This document shows, piece after piece, positions 13,161 through 27,269 of a DNA stretch of 64,000 nt. The stretch spans positions 186,001 to 250,000 of the forward strand of contig CBFFRP010000132.1 in NCBI GenBank assembly GCA_965644295.1. The letters are read 5' to 3'. The DNA is from Paraphysomonas bandaiensis (taxonomy: Eukaryota > Protista > Chrysophyceae). Numbering within the stretch: the stretch's first letter is position 1; every line of letters begins with the position of its first letter. The notes beneath the pieces are model-generated. The model was not told the origin of the DNA and did no database searches. It was given only the letters and a program-made list of their open reading frames with translations. The translations under genes and the position numbers were made by a program.

Positions 13161-13994
13161 TATTCCATATTTTCTATTGTATCATGTTAGCGTTCGTGTG
13201 GTATATGCTGCACCCGGTGTATTATGCGTTGATTTTCTCTTACTTTATATAAAATATCTGCACGAAAGAGTGCCTTAGTAGTTGTTACTGTCTAATTCAA
13301 ATGGAATTGTGTGTATTTGCTGGAATGAACTTTCACGATTACAACACTTACCACTTCGATTCTAAAACCTGAAATGTATACGCTACGTTATTGCTGTACT
13401 ATAAAGTATTAGCTTGTACAGTAAATTGAATACGATAGCCATCGAGAAAAGTAGTCAAGGTCGAAGTGGGTTGAAAATTACAGAATTATTCGTCTCGGTA
13501 CCGAGAGATAGGACACCACACTAAATGTCATAGCCGTCTGATAGACTAGAACGCTGTACAGTCATACCTATAATTTAAATTTAAATCGCTGACTTGATGG
13601 GAAATGTTCGTCATTTCGTGTGAACGGCTAGTCTTTCGTTTGATTCTGTGTGATGTTATACTTTTTCCTGATTGCTTTCGTGGCTTCTACACAAAGTCTA
13701 TGTTAATTTCCTATTTTATTGAACATCGAATAATACGTTATTAAATTATGAAGTAGGATCATGATATCACAAATTTCCATGTATAATGGCTACCTTTACT
13801 TATAAATGTTCATTTCTACATCTGTGCAACAAAGACATAAACACGAAAATAAGAATTAATCAGAATAATATCATCCACATAAAATACTACACTTCAAAAG
13901 CTAACACCAAATCGTAATCAGCACATCCCTTTTTTCGATATTATTGATAAAAAGAGTAAAAATAAACCAAAATACACGCACCGAATACATGTTT

Positions 13995-15269
13995 TTAGTC
14001 TATTTCTGGAATACTGGAGTACCCATTCATGTATGCAGAATGTGACACGCGAGTCAACAGTACAATCAAGGGAACACAGAGAACAGTGGTTATAGTTGTG
14101 ACAATAAAAACTGCAGGAGGCCCCACCCCTTTCACCCAGGTCATTGTAGCACAATATGGCACTACAGCTATTCCCAAGTTTAAACCGATCATCAGAATAT
14201 TCACAGATCGCTCAGACGTATATGTGAATCGGCTGCATAAGTCGAAGCAGTAGCTAACAGTTGGTCCCTGTCCAGCTCCGAATAAAAGTGCACCTATCCA
14301 TAGACACTGAGGACAGTGTGGTTGGTTTACTACTAAAAGAGAGGCCATGGCGCTAACGGTGACTAGAATGCAGAGGTGCGACACTATAGTTCGATTACAA
14401 TGACACAGGGAAAGGTCGATAGCACCGATTACTTTTCCAGTCGCAGAGCTTACCAAAACACAAGCGAAAAGCAGACCCTCATTTTCCGGATGAATCGCAC
14501 CAGTGGCCTCAACATACGGCTTTAGGAGAAACATTGCTGTCTCTCCGGCTCCCATCAATATAAGTACCATAGCGGCAAGGATTCCTTCCACAGAGAAGTT
14601 CTGTGGCTCCCGCAGTGAGTTCGAAGTGGCGATTATCGAGGTTTCTTCCTGTCCGATCTCTGGACAGCTGAGCAAGCATATTCCAGCTCCAACAGAACAT
14701 AGCGAAAACACGCAAAATAGTGAAGAAACTTCCGGTAGTACTACCTGAAGTGCTGGCACGGCGATTCCGCTGGCGCAAAACGTAATCGAGTTCACACCCA
14801 CCCAGGGCCTTGCATCCTCCATGTGAAATTTCACCAACATAAGTTGACTTCCCGCTTCCAAAATACTTGTCTGTAAACCTATTAAAAAGTACAGCGCGTG
14901 CAGGACAGATAAACTTCGACAGTAGGGAATGCAGAGAAGAGCAAATGTACATGTGAATGCACACACGGCCATTACAGTCCTGCCACTCCAGTGAGAATAT
15001 AACAAACTACACAGTGGCACTGCCAACAAACATCCCCCGCCACGAGCAATGAATACAGTTCCAATATCGTCGACAGCAGTCATCGCATTGGACGCCTGGA
15101 CTGTGAGCGTTGAACAAAGGGCGATATATACACACCCGCACACTCCCATTGCAAGCATATAGCATACACTTATGTAGATCACCGCCGCGTAGCTGTACCT
15201 GGAGGCGGGGGACGGGGGAGGAGCACCTGACTTGTGTAGTCCCTGCTGATAGGCGGAGGGCCGATACAT
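13995..15269 (-). CDS. Major facilitator superfamily transporter (MFSD4/fucose-permease-like)
   Basis: 424-aa ORF with about 11-12 hydrophobic segments; DDIGTVFIARGGGCLL and LWIGALLFGAGQGP resemble MFSD4-type motifs. Confidence 0.8.
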   Translation of the reverse strand: MYRPSAYQQGLHKSGAPPPSPASRYSYAAVIYISVCYMLAMGVCGCVYIALCSTLTVQASNAMTAVDDIGTVFIARGGGCLLAVPLCSLLYSHWSGRTVMAVCAFTCTFALLCIPYCRSLSVLHALYFLIGLQTSILEAGSQLMLVKFHMEDARPWVGVNSITFCASGIAVPALQVVLPEVSSLFCVFSLCSVGAGICLLSCPEIGQEETSIIATSNSLREPQNFSVEGILAAMVLILMGAGETAMFLLKPYVEATGAIHPENEGLLFACVLVSSATGKVIGAIDLSLCHCNRTIVSHLCILVTVSAMASLLVVNQPHCPQCLWIGALLFGAGQGPTVSYCFDLCSRFTYTSERSVNILMIGLNLGIAVVPYCATMTWVKGVGPPAVFIVTTITTVLCVPLIVLLTRVSHSAYMNGYSSIPEID

Positions 15270-15393
15270 TATGCTCTAGTTCTCTTCTATTCAGACACAC
15301 ACATGCTCTGCAGCTATCAATCGTCGCGGTATTTGAGTACTGGATAAGTAGAATAGATAAGGTCCAGAGTGTGTTTTCACATTCACATTCTTG

Positions 15394-15443
15394 CACACCA
15401 CACCACACCACACCACACCACACCACACCATATCACACCATAC
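15394..15443. repeat. (CACCA)n pentanucleotide microsatellite
   Basis: cacaccacaccacacca... directly visible upstream of the MFS gene. Confidence 0.9.
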
Positions 15444-15817
15444 GGCTTAATGGAATTCCTACATATCGCCTGTCGTACAGTGTACACTGATGTACACTGC
15501 TATGTCCAGCAGTATCTGTACGCGTATCTCTACTCGACTGTGCTGCTGCTGATACTGCCGGTATACTCACGACATAATAATACAGTGTTATACTGAGTAT
15601 TCCATGCAATACTACCGACCAATATATTGCAAGTATTTGATGTTGATTGGATGAAGCGGCCCGAAATTTAGTCACGGCCGGTGGCTAAGATGCTGTGAGA
15701 GTGCAGGTGTGTAACTATGCACTCACGACATAGTGCAGGGAGACTCTGCCGCAGGAGAGCCACAACAGCACTTTACACAATAGGAATTAAGTGTCTCCGT
15801 TAATCGATTAGACCTAC

Positions 15818-17148
<1,331 letters not shown>

Positions 17149-18577
17149 GATTAGACGAGTTTAATGAACTGAATCTCTTATATATGCGATTAACCTTCTA
17201 CTTGCAACTAATTTATAAACACATCCTAATATAAGCAACTGAAAGATGAATTGAAGATATTAGTTAGCCGTCTAAAAGGACAAATGAAGTGTCGAATGAG
17301 ATCTAAGCGATTGCCAGCTAATAAAAACAGGAATTACATGGAGTAATGACTGGTCTGATGTCAAGTGATCACTTATCTGCAAAGGGGTAGTGATTTCGAT
17401 TATACAGAAATCTATATCAATATTGGCTTGATGGCACTATACAGCACACTGAGCCTTCCCTATGGAGTGCACTTGAGTTGTAGTGCCCTTAAAGGGTATA
17501 CCTCTTTAGTAGGGCAAGTTCAATCTGTAGCGTGTTTTAATCGGAATTTGCTACACCACTGGGGGCTGTGTGCTGGAGGAGTTGGTTCATATGCTCAGAC
17601 TAAAAGCTAAAACCAAAAAATGATACTGATACTGACAAAAAGAGAACCTTCAACAACAACCATTCAATTTTCATTCTCTATTTATTGTGAATTGTGAACA
17701 TATTTATATTAAGTCAGCGATATCTTACTGAACTCAATTTAATATCACCTGCTGACCTATTAACAGAAACAGGCATATGGAAATAAATTCAATCTAAAAA
17801 CTGCATTTTGACCAATAACAGTAACCGGTTGTACACTACTTAGATACTTAGATATGAAACCTGATAAAGTCACTTTACCAGGATTACTGTAACGATCGAA
17901 GGTAAATCACAACTATTTTTTTGACAAACGGTTGATGATTTAGTGATTGATTGATAATATTGCTATCCTTTAATAATGTTTCGAAAGTAATCTTATTGCA
18001 AAAGACCTTCTCGTTTTTCATTTTGAGAAACAAACAACAGTCCTAATTTCGGAGTCACAACTTATTAATCGAATATTCTTCTGACTTCTGACAAGGAGTT
18101 GATCACGTTAATAGCAGTTTGGGAAAGTGAAAGCACTGAATACCAACAATAAAAGATTTATTTCTTATGTCGATGTGTCACACTGTGCTCGTTTGCTTTT
18201 GGGTATATCGATTTGGGCTTTTTTCATGAATTTACAAATGATTTAACCCGCTGTTTACTCTTGGGAGGTCACTTAGTGTGTATATTATGTAGGTATGGAG
18301 TTAGCTGGTGTACGTTCTATAACAAGATTTTTCAAATTTCTGGATGAGTTGGTATGTTGGTATTTGGTATTCACCTAAAGACCCACTTTAGCCCTCTGTA
18401 TTCCCGGTTTCATAGTTAAGCCTACAGGTTATTAGTAGTAAAGGGTAAAGGATATACCGAGCTAGAATTTCTTCAATTGCAAGGAGCAAAGAGATATTTG
18501 ACACTTTAGTATACTTGAATTCTGTACTACTTCAATTTCTCAAAACGTGTTAATTAAAAGCAAACGTGCATCCAATA

Positions 18578-19086
18578 CTCTCAACAAAGTCGGGCTCGCA
18601 CCTTTTCGTAGTATTCTGGGGGATAAGTACAGGACATATTTCTCCGGGAAGCTAACATGAAACGCATAATATATAATATATAGTCAGCAGATAATTTTCA
18701 GCCCAATCATAATAGCCAAATGCTTGTGTGGTACAAGGGGCACTAATATAAGTGCCACCTGTTTAGACGTCTTAGGGCCTTGACGAATAAACAGGCATCT
18801 GAGACTGGGAACACTTCAAGGGTAACTGGGGCATTGGGCTGCTGCTGAAGTAAAGCATCTGTCAGGTGTCAGGTATATCAACATTCTGCTTTCCTCACTG
18901 TGTTTGCTTTGATTGATAGAGTGAAAGTGGTTGCATCTTGGTGCTTGCGGCGACACACAAGAAGATTTCGTTGCGTCAAATAGTATAGGATATCAGAGTT
19001 AAGCACTTGTTAGCTTGTTAGTTATATCGTAATCATGCTAAATTAGTTCTGACTCTTAAAACCCTATTGCTAATACAAAGACTCTC
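18578..19086 (+). repeat. Near full-length copy of the ~500-bp dispersed repeat family
   Basis: Begins ctctcaacaaagtcgggctcgca like the 58529 copy and ends ccctattgctaata. Internal blocks match 8313-8795 (reverse) and 58529-59033. Confidence 0.85.
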
Positions 19087-19340
19087 CTGCATCAACTATG
19101 TTCTGACTAATAAAGTATGCGCTGTACTACTAGTGTCATTGTAGTTGTAGAGTTGAAAACACTTGATCGGTTAATACTCTTTGTTGCAACATATTAGACA
19201 ATATGAGATTCATATCTAAATTATAGTTTTGCAATTACAGTGATTGCATAACTTTACAATGTAAAAAACGCAACTGTTTCCACCTAAAGCTATGCTTTAT
19301 CCATATTTGTCAATTCACAAACAGCAATCATGATATCATA

Positions 19341-20356
19341 CTAGTGTCTGGTGCGACGCCACGACGTGGGGTCATCTGGAAAGTATCTCAGGCAAATAAA
19401 CCCCGCCAAAATAGCTCCCGTGATAGGGCCAAGTATTCGTTCCACCTTAAAGTTTTTGTTAGGAATGGGGAGACAACTGGTCACAAACATACCTGAATGG
19501 GAACAATACCGGCGACATCTATCCTACTGCGCGTGTACCATAGAGCATATAGCGCTGCGGGGTTGAAGGTTGGACCTAAATTTCGCGTGCATCATACTTC
19601 ACATCAACGTCATTATACATAACTCACTCTGGTGAAAAGGAACGGCGAGAAACGCCGGAAGAGCAGCCAGCGTTAGAAAACTTTTTTTCAGTTTATTGAC
19701 AGCAAGTAACTCCGGAACTACCACAAAAACAAGAGTATAGTACGATGTCAGTACTACCTCAATAAGCAGGCCATATAAGAAAGATGACTGCGGATACACG
19801 ATGGGGTCATGGGCCTGCCATAATATTACGCGAACTAGGTTCCTCAAGGGTTAAACTCACCGACTGAAGAATCGTTGGACATAATGATTGGAATATTACC
19901 GTTCCAAGGATGCATCCCAAAAAATGGGCAGGAAATACAACTAAGAGCTGCACAGGCGACAATCGACCTAGGTTCAAGCGTCATAAAAAGTACTTAACTA
20001 CGGTGCTGCCCATACCCATAATGCTTTCACACAGTCTGACAGGCATCAATGGGGTGCTCTCCTGCATAAATGATATAAATCGTGCTACGAACTGTGAATA
20101 AAATGAGTCACTATATAAAACACAGTCGATTACTAGTGACCTGGATAGCGAATGGCCACGCGAACAATAAGCCATACGGAACGAAATCCTCAACTTTACA
20201 CGATATGGCTATCGTGCGGGCTATAAGTGAAAACAACATCCAAATCGTGGCACTGGCGCACTCTCGCCCGAACAGCTGTGAAGGTTTGCGTCCCAGTATG
20301 CCCCATACAGCCTCGGGGCCAAAATTCTCAGCAATAGAAAGCAGAAGATACTTCAT
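19341..20356 (-). CDS. Atypical aquaporin / MIP-family channel, about 6 exons
   Basis: Spliced product includes ECASATIWMLF, PLMPVRLCESIMGRLSPVQLLVVFPAHFLGCILG, GLLIEVVLT, GPTFNPAALYA and ILGPITGAILAGF, matching the MIP helix pattern. Start codon uncertain (20356, or up to 20485). Confidence 0.8.
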
Positions 20357-20743
20357 GCTACACGTTACAGCCCTTATACTAGCCGATACAGATCGAATTA
20401 TTCCTGAGAGAAAACATTCAGTTGTGTGTGTTATGGCTGCTGCTATTCCATTAATGAGAGTTGAGGATATGAGACACACACACACACAGACACGCAGTCA
20501 CAGTCCTGCTGTAGTATCGTATAGTATAGCGTGGTGTAGTATGGTGTAGTATGGCATATGCATGTCACCCAGGCCTAAACCCGGTGCTGATTCTTTCATA
20601 CGGCACAGTATTACTTACGTATGCTGTACTCTGCTGCAGCGCACACCTCCACGTGCACTCGTGTGCGTGCACTCATGTGCTTGCTGTGCCCAGCAGGGAC
20701 TGACTGCACTCTCACTCGTACAGTTCTACATAACTCCAGCACA

Positions 20744-21468
20744 ATGATTCTGAGTTTTAAGCTTATTGCAATGATGTTTGCGACGGTGGCTGCGCTTGGT
20801 CGCGCAAGTGAGGAGGGGGCTGGAGAGGCCGGCGACGTAGTTGTGTTAACGGCCCAAAACTTTGACACAGAGACGAAGACTGGCGCGGGGTCTGCGACTG
20901 GCGACTGGCTAATTGAGTTTTATGCTCCGTGGTGCGGGCACTGCAAGAGGTTGCAGCCTGTGTGGGAGGAATTGGCGACAGATCTTAAAGGGACAGTCAA
21001 TGTAGCTAAGGTGGATGTTACAGCCAACAGACCCTTGGGATCTAGGTGGGACTGTGATCACCAATGGTTTATTTTTATATTGTTTTTTTGGATAGGTTTG
21101 ATATTAAAGGGTTCCCAACAATCAAGTTCCTTCATGATGGCAAGGTTTACAGCTATCAAGGACGCCGCACGAAGGAGGATTTTACAGCATTCGTGAAGGG
21201 GGGCTACGTGGAGACGACAGGTACCGATATACCTCCTATGCCCACATGGATAGATGAAATGACCAAGTCAGTGACTGGGCCATTTAAGGCTGCGTATAAG
21301 GACATTTCCAAAGGGAAGTACGTAACACCTAACGTGTTCATTGTTGCAATGCCTATCCTTGTTTTGGTGGTAATTACTTTCGCTATGCTGATTTTACCGG
21401 AGCCCGAGGTAACCCCCCGAAAGTATAAGGTCAACGAGACCACGAAAAAGGAGGATAAGACAGATTAA
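20744..21468 (+). CDS. Membrane-anchored thioredoxin/PDI-family protein (TMX-like); exons 20744-21045, 21096-21468
   Basis: Signal peptide, [20 protein letters not shown], a C-terminal TM segment and a lysine-rich tail (KKEDKTD). Confidence 0.92.
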
Positions 21469-21699
21469 ATAGTTATATCTTATTTCATATGCCGTATAGT
21501 AGTGTTATGAAACTAATAAGACCATGTGCTTACCATAGTTTCCACGTTCTTGAGTACTCCACCAAAGAATCGTCGTAGTCTTCCCACCATTATTGTGCCT
21601 TAAGCCCTGCCAAATAATTTTCATGATAGTCAAGGACTGAATATATTAATTTCAACTGGATGCGACACGCACATCAGAAGTACTTCCACTAAACAGTGG

Positions 21700-22362
21700 A
21701 AAAACAATATATTGTAAAATATAGCCATATTATGAAAGCTTCTTAAGTGTAGGGTGTAAAATATATTAATTATTAATATAAGATATAAGTCCATGTTCGG
21801 ACAGCGATTGCAACAACACAGAGGATGATGACTCTGATGTTGGCTATGCGAAAAAATTCTTCAGTCAGATCAAAAAGTTGAAATATCTAAGTACATGTTG
21901 TTGTATGTACTTCCAATACATATTAACGCCTGTTCAGCGCAGATTATTTCATTAGTGTAGTGAAATCGTATGCATCCTACTACACTTAATAAGATGTTGT
22001 TTCTGAAAGCAAACCGACAGTTGTGGCTGAATGCATGAATATGGTGATGTTGAATCAGAGGATGAGGAAAGTTGTGATTAGCTGAGCGGTGGCCAGCGAA
22101 TTGGGTTTGGTGTTTGGTTATCTTAATGGCTAGTACTAAAAATGGAATATACGGATGTGTTTACTTATTACTTATTGATCAAAGAAACTACTATCTACTG
22201 CAATGTGCAATATATTGTACATTGTACAATATATTGTAATAGTATTGTTGGGCCGGTTCAAAATCCCCCATCAACAGTAGTATTGACAGAACGCTACCTA
22301 ACAACAGTATTGACGGAACACTAGCTAACAATAAGATTGCAATTTATTGTTACCGAACCCTG
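21700..22362 (+). mobile_element. Degenerate hAT transposon relic (transposase C-terminus and right end)
   Basis: Fragments TSNTY*RLFSA (~21909) and MHPTTLNKMLFLKANRQLW (~21970) match the hAT dimerisation motif. The end ...accgaaccctg at 22362 reads CAGGG on the minus strand. caatatattg subterminal words are present. No left TIR found. Confidence 0.65.
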
Positions 22363-22600
22363 GGATAAACTACATAAATAATTTATTGCTCCTTCTTGAA
22401 GATTCCCTCATAGCGGTACTTATTTCAATAAAATTACCAGTCATATTTTATTGGCACTAACAATGCGTAGCCGTCATCAAAAATAAATACTATTCACTGT
22501 TAAGATTAGTATAGAAAAGACTAGTGTACATAACGTATTACTTAATCTAATATGTAGTAGTACAGGGTATAGCTACAAAGCGTGCATAATAACTAGAACA

Positions 22601-24757
22601 TTATGCTGTGAATTTGCTGTGATCATCTATAAGAGGCTTTTGCAGAATATCTTGTTTACCTCGTCTAGAGGAAATACGCCCCCCAGAATCTGCAGAGTGC
22701 AGTTTCGAATTACTCTTTCCAGATTTAGCTGCCTCCGCTAATGTAGCTGCATAATCTGGTCCTCCATCTGAAGATCCTTTTCCAGAGGAATAGCTGGACT
22801 GGTGAGAGTGGTCTATAGGGCCGCTTCCTGATAGGTAGCCATGTGCCTGGTGGGCGGCCAAAGTGCTCTTTTTAACAAAATCGTCCCTTCCGAACGAATC
22901 ATCGGTGAAAAAGAAGCTGCTACTGTTGTTACTAGCACCAGGTACCCCGTGAGATACTTGTCCCAATCTATCAGCATATGTGAGAGACAAAACAAACGGT
23001 GAAATGATTAATGACAAAGATCACGCACCGCTCAGATGTCAGATCATTGCTTTCTATGTCTCCTGTTGTAGTTCGAGCGCCACCAACTTCATCTGTGTGG
23101 TCTCCAGATATAGCTTTCTCTCTGGGGCCACCATGCGAAAACAAGTCCTGGTCATCATGTCCAGTTTAAAGAACATATTTCCACGACTTTCAAGGTAACG
23201 CACCTGTGTGACCAGGCATGTGGTGAAAGCAAATAGCATACCAATACTGGCGGTAGCATTTTGTGTGAAGTAAGGTATAAAAGAACAAAGAAGCGATAGG
23301 GTGAATCTATAGGCGTACGAATAGCCCCTGACACGTTTTCCCTTGTACCATATCCCCTTATGAGTCATTCGCAAAAAAAAGATAACCATTAGAGATACGG
23401 AGGCAGAAACACACATAAGGAATTCCTCTTTGAGCAACCTATCCTTAGATTCACAATCATTAGCGTAAACGACCTTGACCCCTACCGCAAAGAAGAGCAT
23501 GGCGATGGACAAGACCAGGTGAAGTGCTGTCCACAGAGTGGTTGGAGGGTGAGCATTTGTACCAAGGAAAGTCAGCCGCCCGACTACCTGTTGTTGGTAG
23601 TACACATCACCAACATTGAATATTATGGCGAAGCCCATTAGACCTCGGAGATAATCAAAAACGCCATTTCCACAGCTGCTTTGAACCAACTGAATGATGG
23701 CTTCTCCAAGAATGAGAAGGACAAAAGTACCCTATCGGTTTATACAACAAATAAATTCCAATAAGTACCTTTACAACACATAGTTATTTATATAAAGTAG
23801 CACCTGTCTGTGAGCAAGGTGTCCGAAGTGTGGTGGAGCCCGCTGTTTCTGTGGAACGAGACAGGCGATAATCATATGAATTAGTCCCCGTTCAATAACA
23901 ATACTGGCTACCCAAAAGTAGTAAAATCCCTCTCCTTCTACCGCGTAGGGTGATATAAAAAATAACACCGCGCTTATACATTGCGAAGCTATTACGAACT
24001 TTATATGTGTGCGATACTTTTTCGTTAGAGACATAACTTGAAAATACATGGCGACAGCGGTCACTCGTGCTAAACCAGCTGATATGGCTAACGCTTGCAT
24101 ATTTCGATTCTTATTCCAATTGTGGTCATCGTCAATAGTTAAATGCATCGCAATTACAAACGCAAACATTGCCTGTCCCAAATAGAATATATAATGAACT
24201 AAATCTTTGGTATCAAACTTGTTTTGATAAAACATTAACTGGTCCCAGGTAGCCCGTAGTACCGTAAATATTATACCAGATTTGAACAAACCCATGAATG
24301 AAATATCATACTTAATGATCGTACCGATCTGAATTGCAGAAGCGACAAAGACAAGATCATAAAATAGTTCGTACCATGTTTCGCCACGGTGTGAATTATA
24401 ATGAGTTTTGACGTCTGCTGTCGGTATTGCTGAATCTCTGTCATACCAGGTTACACGACGATATTATACTGTAGAATAACTTGGACCTATGTAGAGCAGG
24501 AGGCCGCCATATTTCTTTGGTGGTGGACATCCGAGGGAGCATATCGATGACCTATGAGACCAGTATAAGCACATGCATGTACGTATATATATCGCATAGA
24601 TTAGACATGGAGGCAGACACAGATAGCTGTACGTGTCCTATCATGCGCATTGATTCATATATACAAGCAAATCAAGCAGTTCACTCCTCACCGCCTCAAA
24701 AGACATTATGGACGATCTGCTGTCTTCGGACGCAGTGTCTGACGCATTGTCATCCAT
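22601..24757 (-). CDS. Low-temperature requirement A (LtrA)-family membrane protein, about 6 exons
   Basis: WRPPALHR, ETWYELFYDLVFV, YQNKFDTKD and HLAHRQ|GTFVLLILGEAII match LtrA motifs. Canonical introns restore the frame through a Ser-rich tail. Confidence 0.85.
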
Positions 24758-25280
24758 TGTTTAGCACTATTATCTCCGTTAAAACTAGTTTGATTGCTAG
24801 ATACCTCTGCGGGTCTGTGGTGTGTGTGTATCGTATCGTATCGTGTATCCCTCGCTCTGATACGATCTCAACATAGAGCTCCAGTATATCAGCAGTGGAG
24901 TACAGCACATAGAGGTATACACACATCATGCATATGCACTACGATAAATCCCATATCTAGATATCATACATACACACAGGCATTCTATACATGGTATACT
25001 GCTGTATACGGCGAGTATCCATTTCTGAGATCTTTAAGGAATGCAGATGTATACCGTGAATACAGAGTCGTCATATGAGTGAAGTTGTACATAAAATACA
25101 GCCCGTATACAGAAGGGGTTCCAGAGCTCTGATTGGATAGACTCTGTTTGGAGCACACCTCTTTAAGATACTCTCTGAAAAAGAGTCCGCTGAAGATATT
25201 GCAACGGCTGAGCATGCCGTTGACTGCATTGAGATGCTGATCTGCTCATAATATCATCCAACACGACAGATTGAGACAAC

Positions 25281-27269
25281 ATGATGAGACTTAGTAGAGT
25301 TGTATTGGGAGCTAGTCTCCTTGGTATGGCTAGTGCTGAATGCCCTAATGCATGTAGCAGCCATGGCATTTGCACGAACTATGATATGTGCGAGTGCTAC
25401 CGTAACTGGATGGCGAATGACTGTTCAGAGCGCGTCTGCCAGTTTGGACTGGCACATGTTGATACTCCCAAGGGTGATCTTGATGCATCCTCTGGAGCAC
25501 TTACTGGGCCAGGAGTGACTGTTGTGACTAACAGTGAAGTGTATCCTTACGGGACCACTGAGCAGTTTCCCAATATGGTCGACTCCGCCGGAAATGTAAT
25601 GACCGAGTCTGCCCATTACTATATGGAGTGCTCAAATAAGGGCTTATGCGACCGCGAAACTGGCACATGCGAATGCTTCCCTGGGTATGAGGGCTCGGCT
25701 TGCCAACGTGCCTCGTGCCCCTCTTCTGGGGGTGGGGTTTGCAGCGGACACGGCACTTGTGATACCATCAAAGAAATCGCACGCGCGGATAACAATAACA
25801 TATATGAGCTCTGGGACGAACACTCTACTCTTGGTTGTGTTTGTGACCCTGGCTATTACGGGCCTGATTGCTCTTTGCGGAGATGCAAGTATGGCGCGGA
25901 TCCTCTCTACGCTGACGACTCAACTGCAACGCAGAGAGTATCGAACTGGACGTACGGTTTCTACTCTTTCTCTCCGCGTACTGATATGGTTGTCAGTGGA
26001 AACTACTCTCTTGTGTTCTATGACGTGTTTGGTGAGGACTGGAGAACAGAGGCCATTACCTGGAGTGATGGATGTGACGAAGTTATTTCCAAACTTGAGG
26101 CTATACCTAATGATGTAATCCCTGGCAACAGCGTTGAGTGTCTTGACCAGGATGAAAATACTGTTTACGCTGGTAGAGTTCCACCTGCTGATGGCAGTGG
26201 TCGTAGCTACATCTTTTACAAGGTTGTCACTCTTGTGTTCCCTAAGAACCCAGGAAAGCTCAAGCAGATGGAAGTTGATATCTACCTTGACGGACCCCGC
26301 CCGACACTTGTGTCAAACGAGACCGATAGTACTCTCACAACATTTGTTCACGCCAATGGTTTCACTGGTGAGTTCGTCGATTATGTTCCCGATTACTGTG
26401 AAGGTGTTGAGGTGACAATAACCAGTACTGGCAATCAGTACCGTCTTGCATCTCTGACTACTAAGGAAACTATTCTTCTGAAGAGATGCCTTGGTGATGC
26501 TGATGGTGACGCCACAACTTCTGGTCAGCAGGATGAGGTGTACAACTGGGACTATGGTACAAGAATTACTCCTCATCTTATTAAGCTTGTCGAAGCTACT
26601 GAATCACCTTTCACCCGTATCTGTAACTCTACCGATCAGTACTTCCAGCATAAGAGCAGTTTAGATTGGTGTGAAAACGACGGTCCTGCTGGATTTTATG
26701 CCCCTCTTATTTACGACGATGCCACTGGTAACTTTGAGATATTCAATCAGCTGAACACAATTTACTCGTCCACAACTCCGTTTAGAGTGTTTACTACGAC
26801 TGGAAGACTCAAACGTATCAACGAGGACAACGACATTGAACACGATGGTGCTTTCGGCAAGAAAGTGTACTACTCTATCTCCACTGGTGACGACATCGCA
26901 ATTGATTGTGAGACCAACACCAACAGCACAACAGGGGATTGTCTTAACAAGGGTGACCTGGCCATGTTTTTCAATCCGGTTAATCCTCTCAGAAATCCGG
27001 AGTATCACAATATCTACACTATCGAGAAAGTCGCTAGAGACAGAAATTCTACTGATTATACAGCTCATACTGAGATCACCCTTGACATTGGTATCAATTT
27101 CGCCCACATTGAGGAGGCCTACATCTATAAGTTTTACCCTCCTACTGGTGTCAGTTGGGCTGCTGAGTGCTCGGATCGTGGTGTCTGCGATTCTTCCACC
27201 GGTCTTTGCCAGTGCTTCACTGGATACACTTCTGATGATTGCTCTGTGCAGAACACACTGGCTAAGTAG
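25281..27269 (+). CDS. SIG1: Tubular mastigoneme protein, Sig1/Ocm1 family (EGF-like repeats)
   Basis: Signal peptide then ECPNACSSHG...CYRNWMANDCSERVCQFGLAHVDTPKGDLD, AHYYMECSNKGLCDR and terminal ECSDRGVCD...CFTGYTSDDC; characteristic of stramenopile Sig1/Ocm1. Confidence 0.92.
   Translation: MMRLSRVVLGASLLGMASAECPNACSSHGICTNYDMCECYRNWMANDCSERVCQFGLAHVDTPKGDLDASSGALTGPGVTVVTNSEVYPYGTTEQFPNMVDSAGNVMTESAHYYMECSNKGLCDRETGTCECFPGYEGSACQRASCPSSGGGVCSGHGTCDTIKEIARADNNNIYELWDEHSTLGCVCDPGYYGPDCSLRRCKYGADPLYADDSTATQRVSNWTYGFYSFSPRTDMVVSGNYSLVFYDVFGEDWRTEAITWSDGCDEVISKLEAIPNDVIPGNSVECLDQDENTVYAGRVPPADGSGRSYIFYKVVTLVFPKNPGKLKQMEVDIYLDGPRPTLVSNETDSTLTTFVHANGFTGEFVDYVPDYCEGVEVTITSTGNQYRLASLTTKETILLKRCLGDADGDATTSGQQDEVYNWDYGTRITPHLIKLVEATESPFTRICNSTDQYFQHKSSLDWCENDGPAGFYAPLIYDDATGNFEIFNQLNTIYSSTTPFRVFTTTGRLKRINEDNDIEHDGAFGKKVYYSISTGDDIAIDCETNTNSTTGDCLNKGDLAMFFNPVNPLRNPEYHNIYTIEKVARDRNSTDYTAHTEITLDIGINFAHIEEAYIYKFYPPTGVSWAAECSDRGVCDSSTGLCQCFTGYTSDDCSVQNTLAK

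Noticed and set aside
17365-18400. Short ORFs and exon-like fragments between DHPS and the repeat copy
   Set aside because: No recognisable motif or continuous frame; probably decayed sequence.
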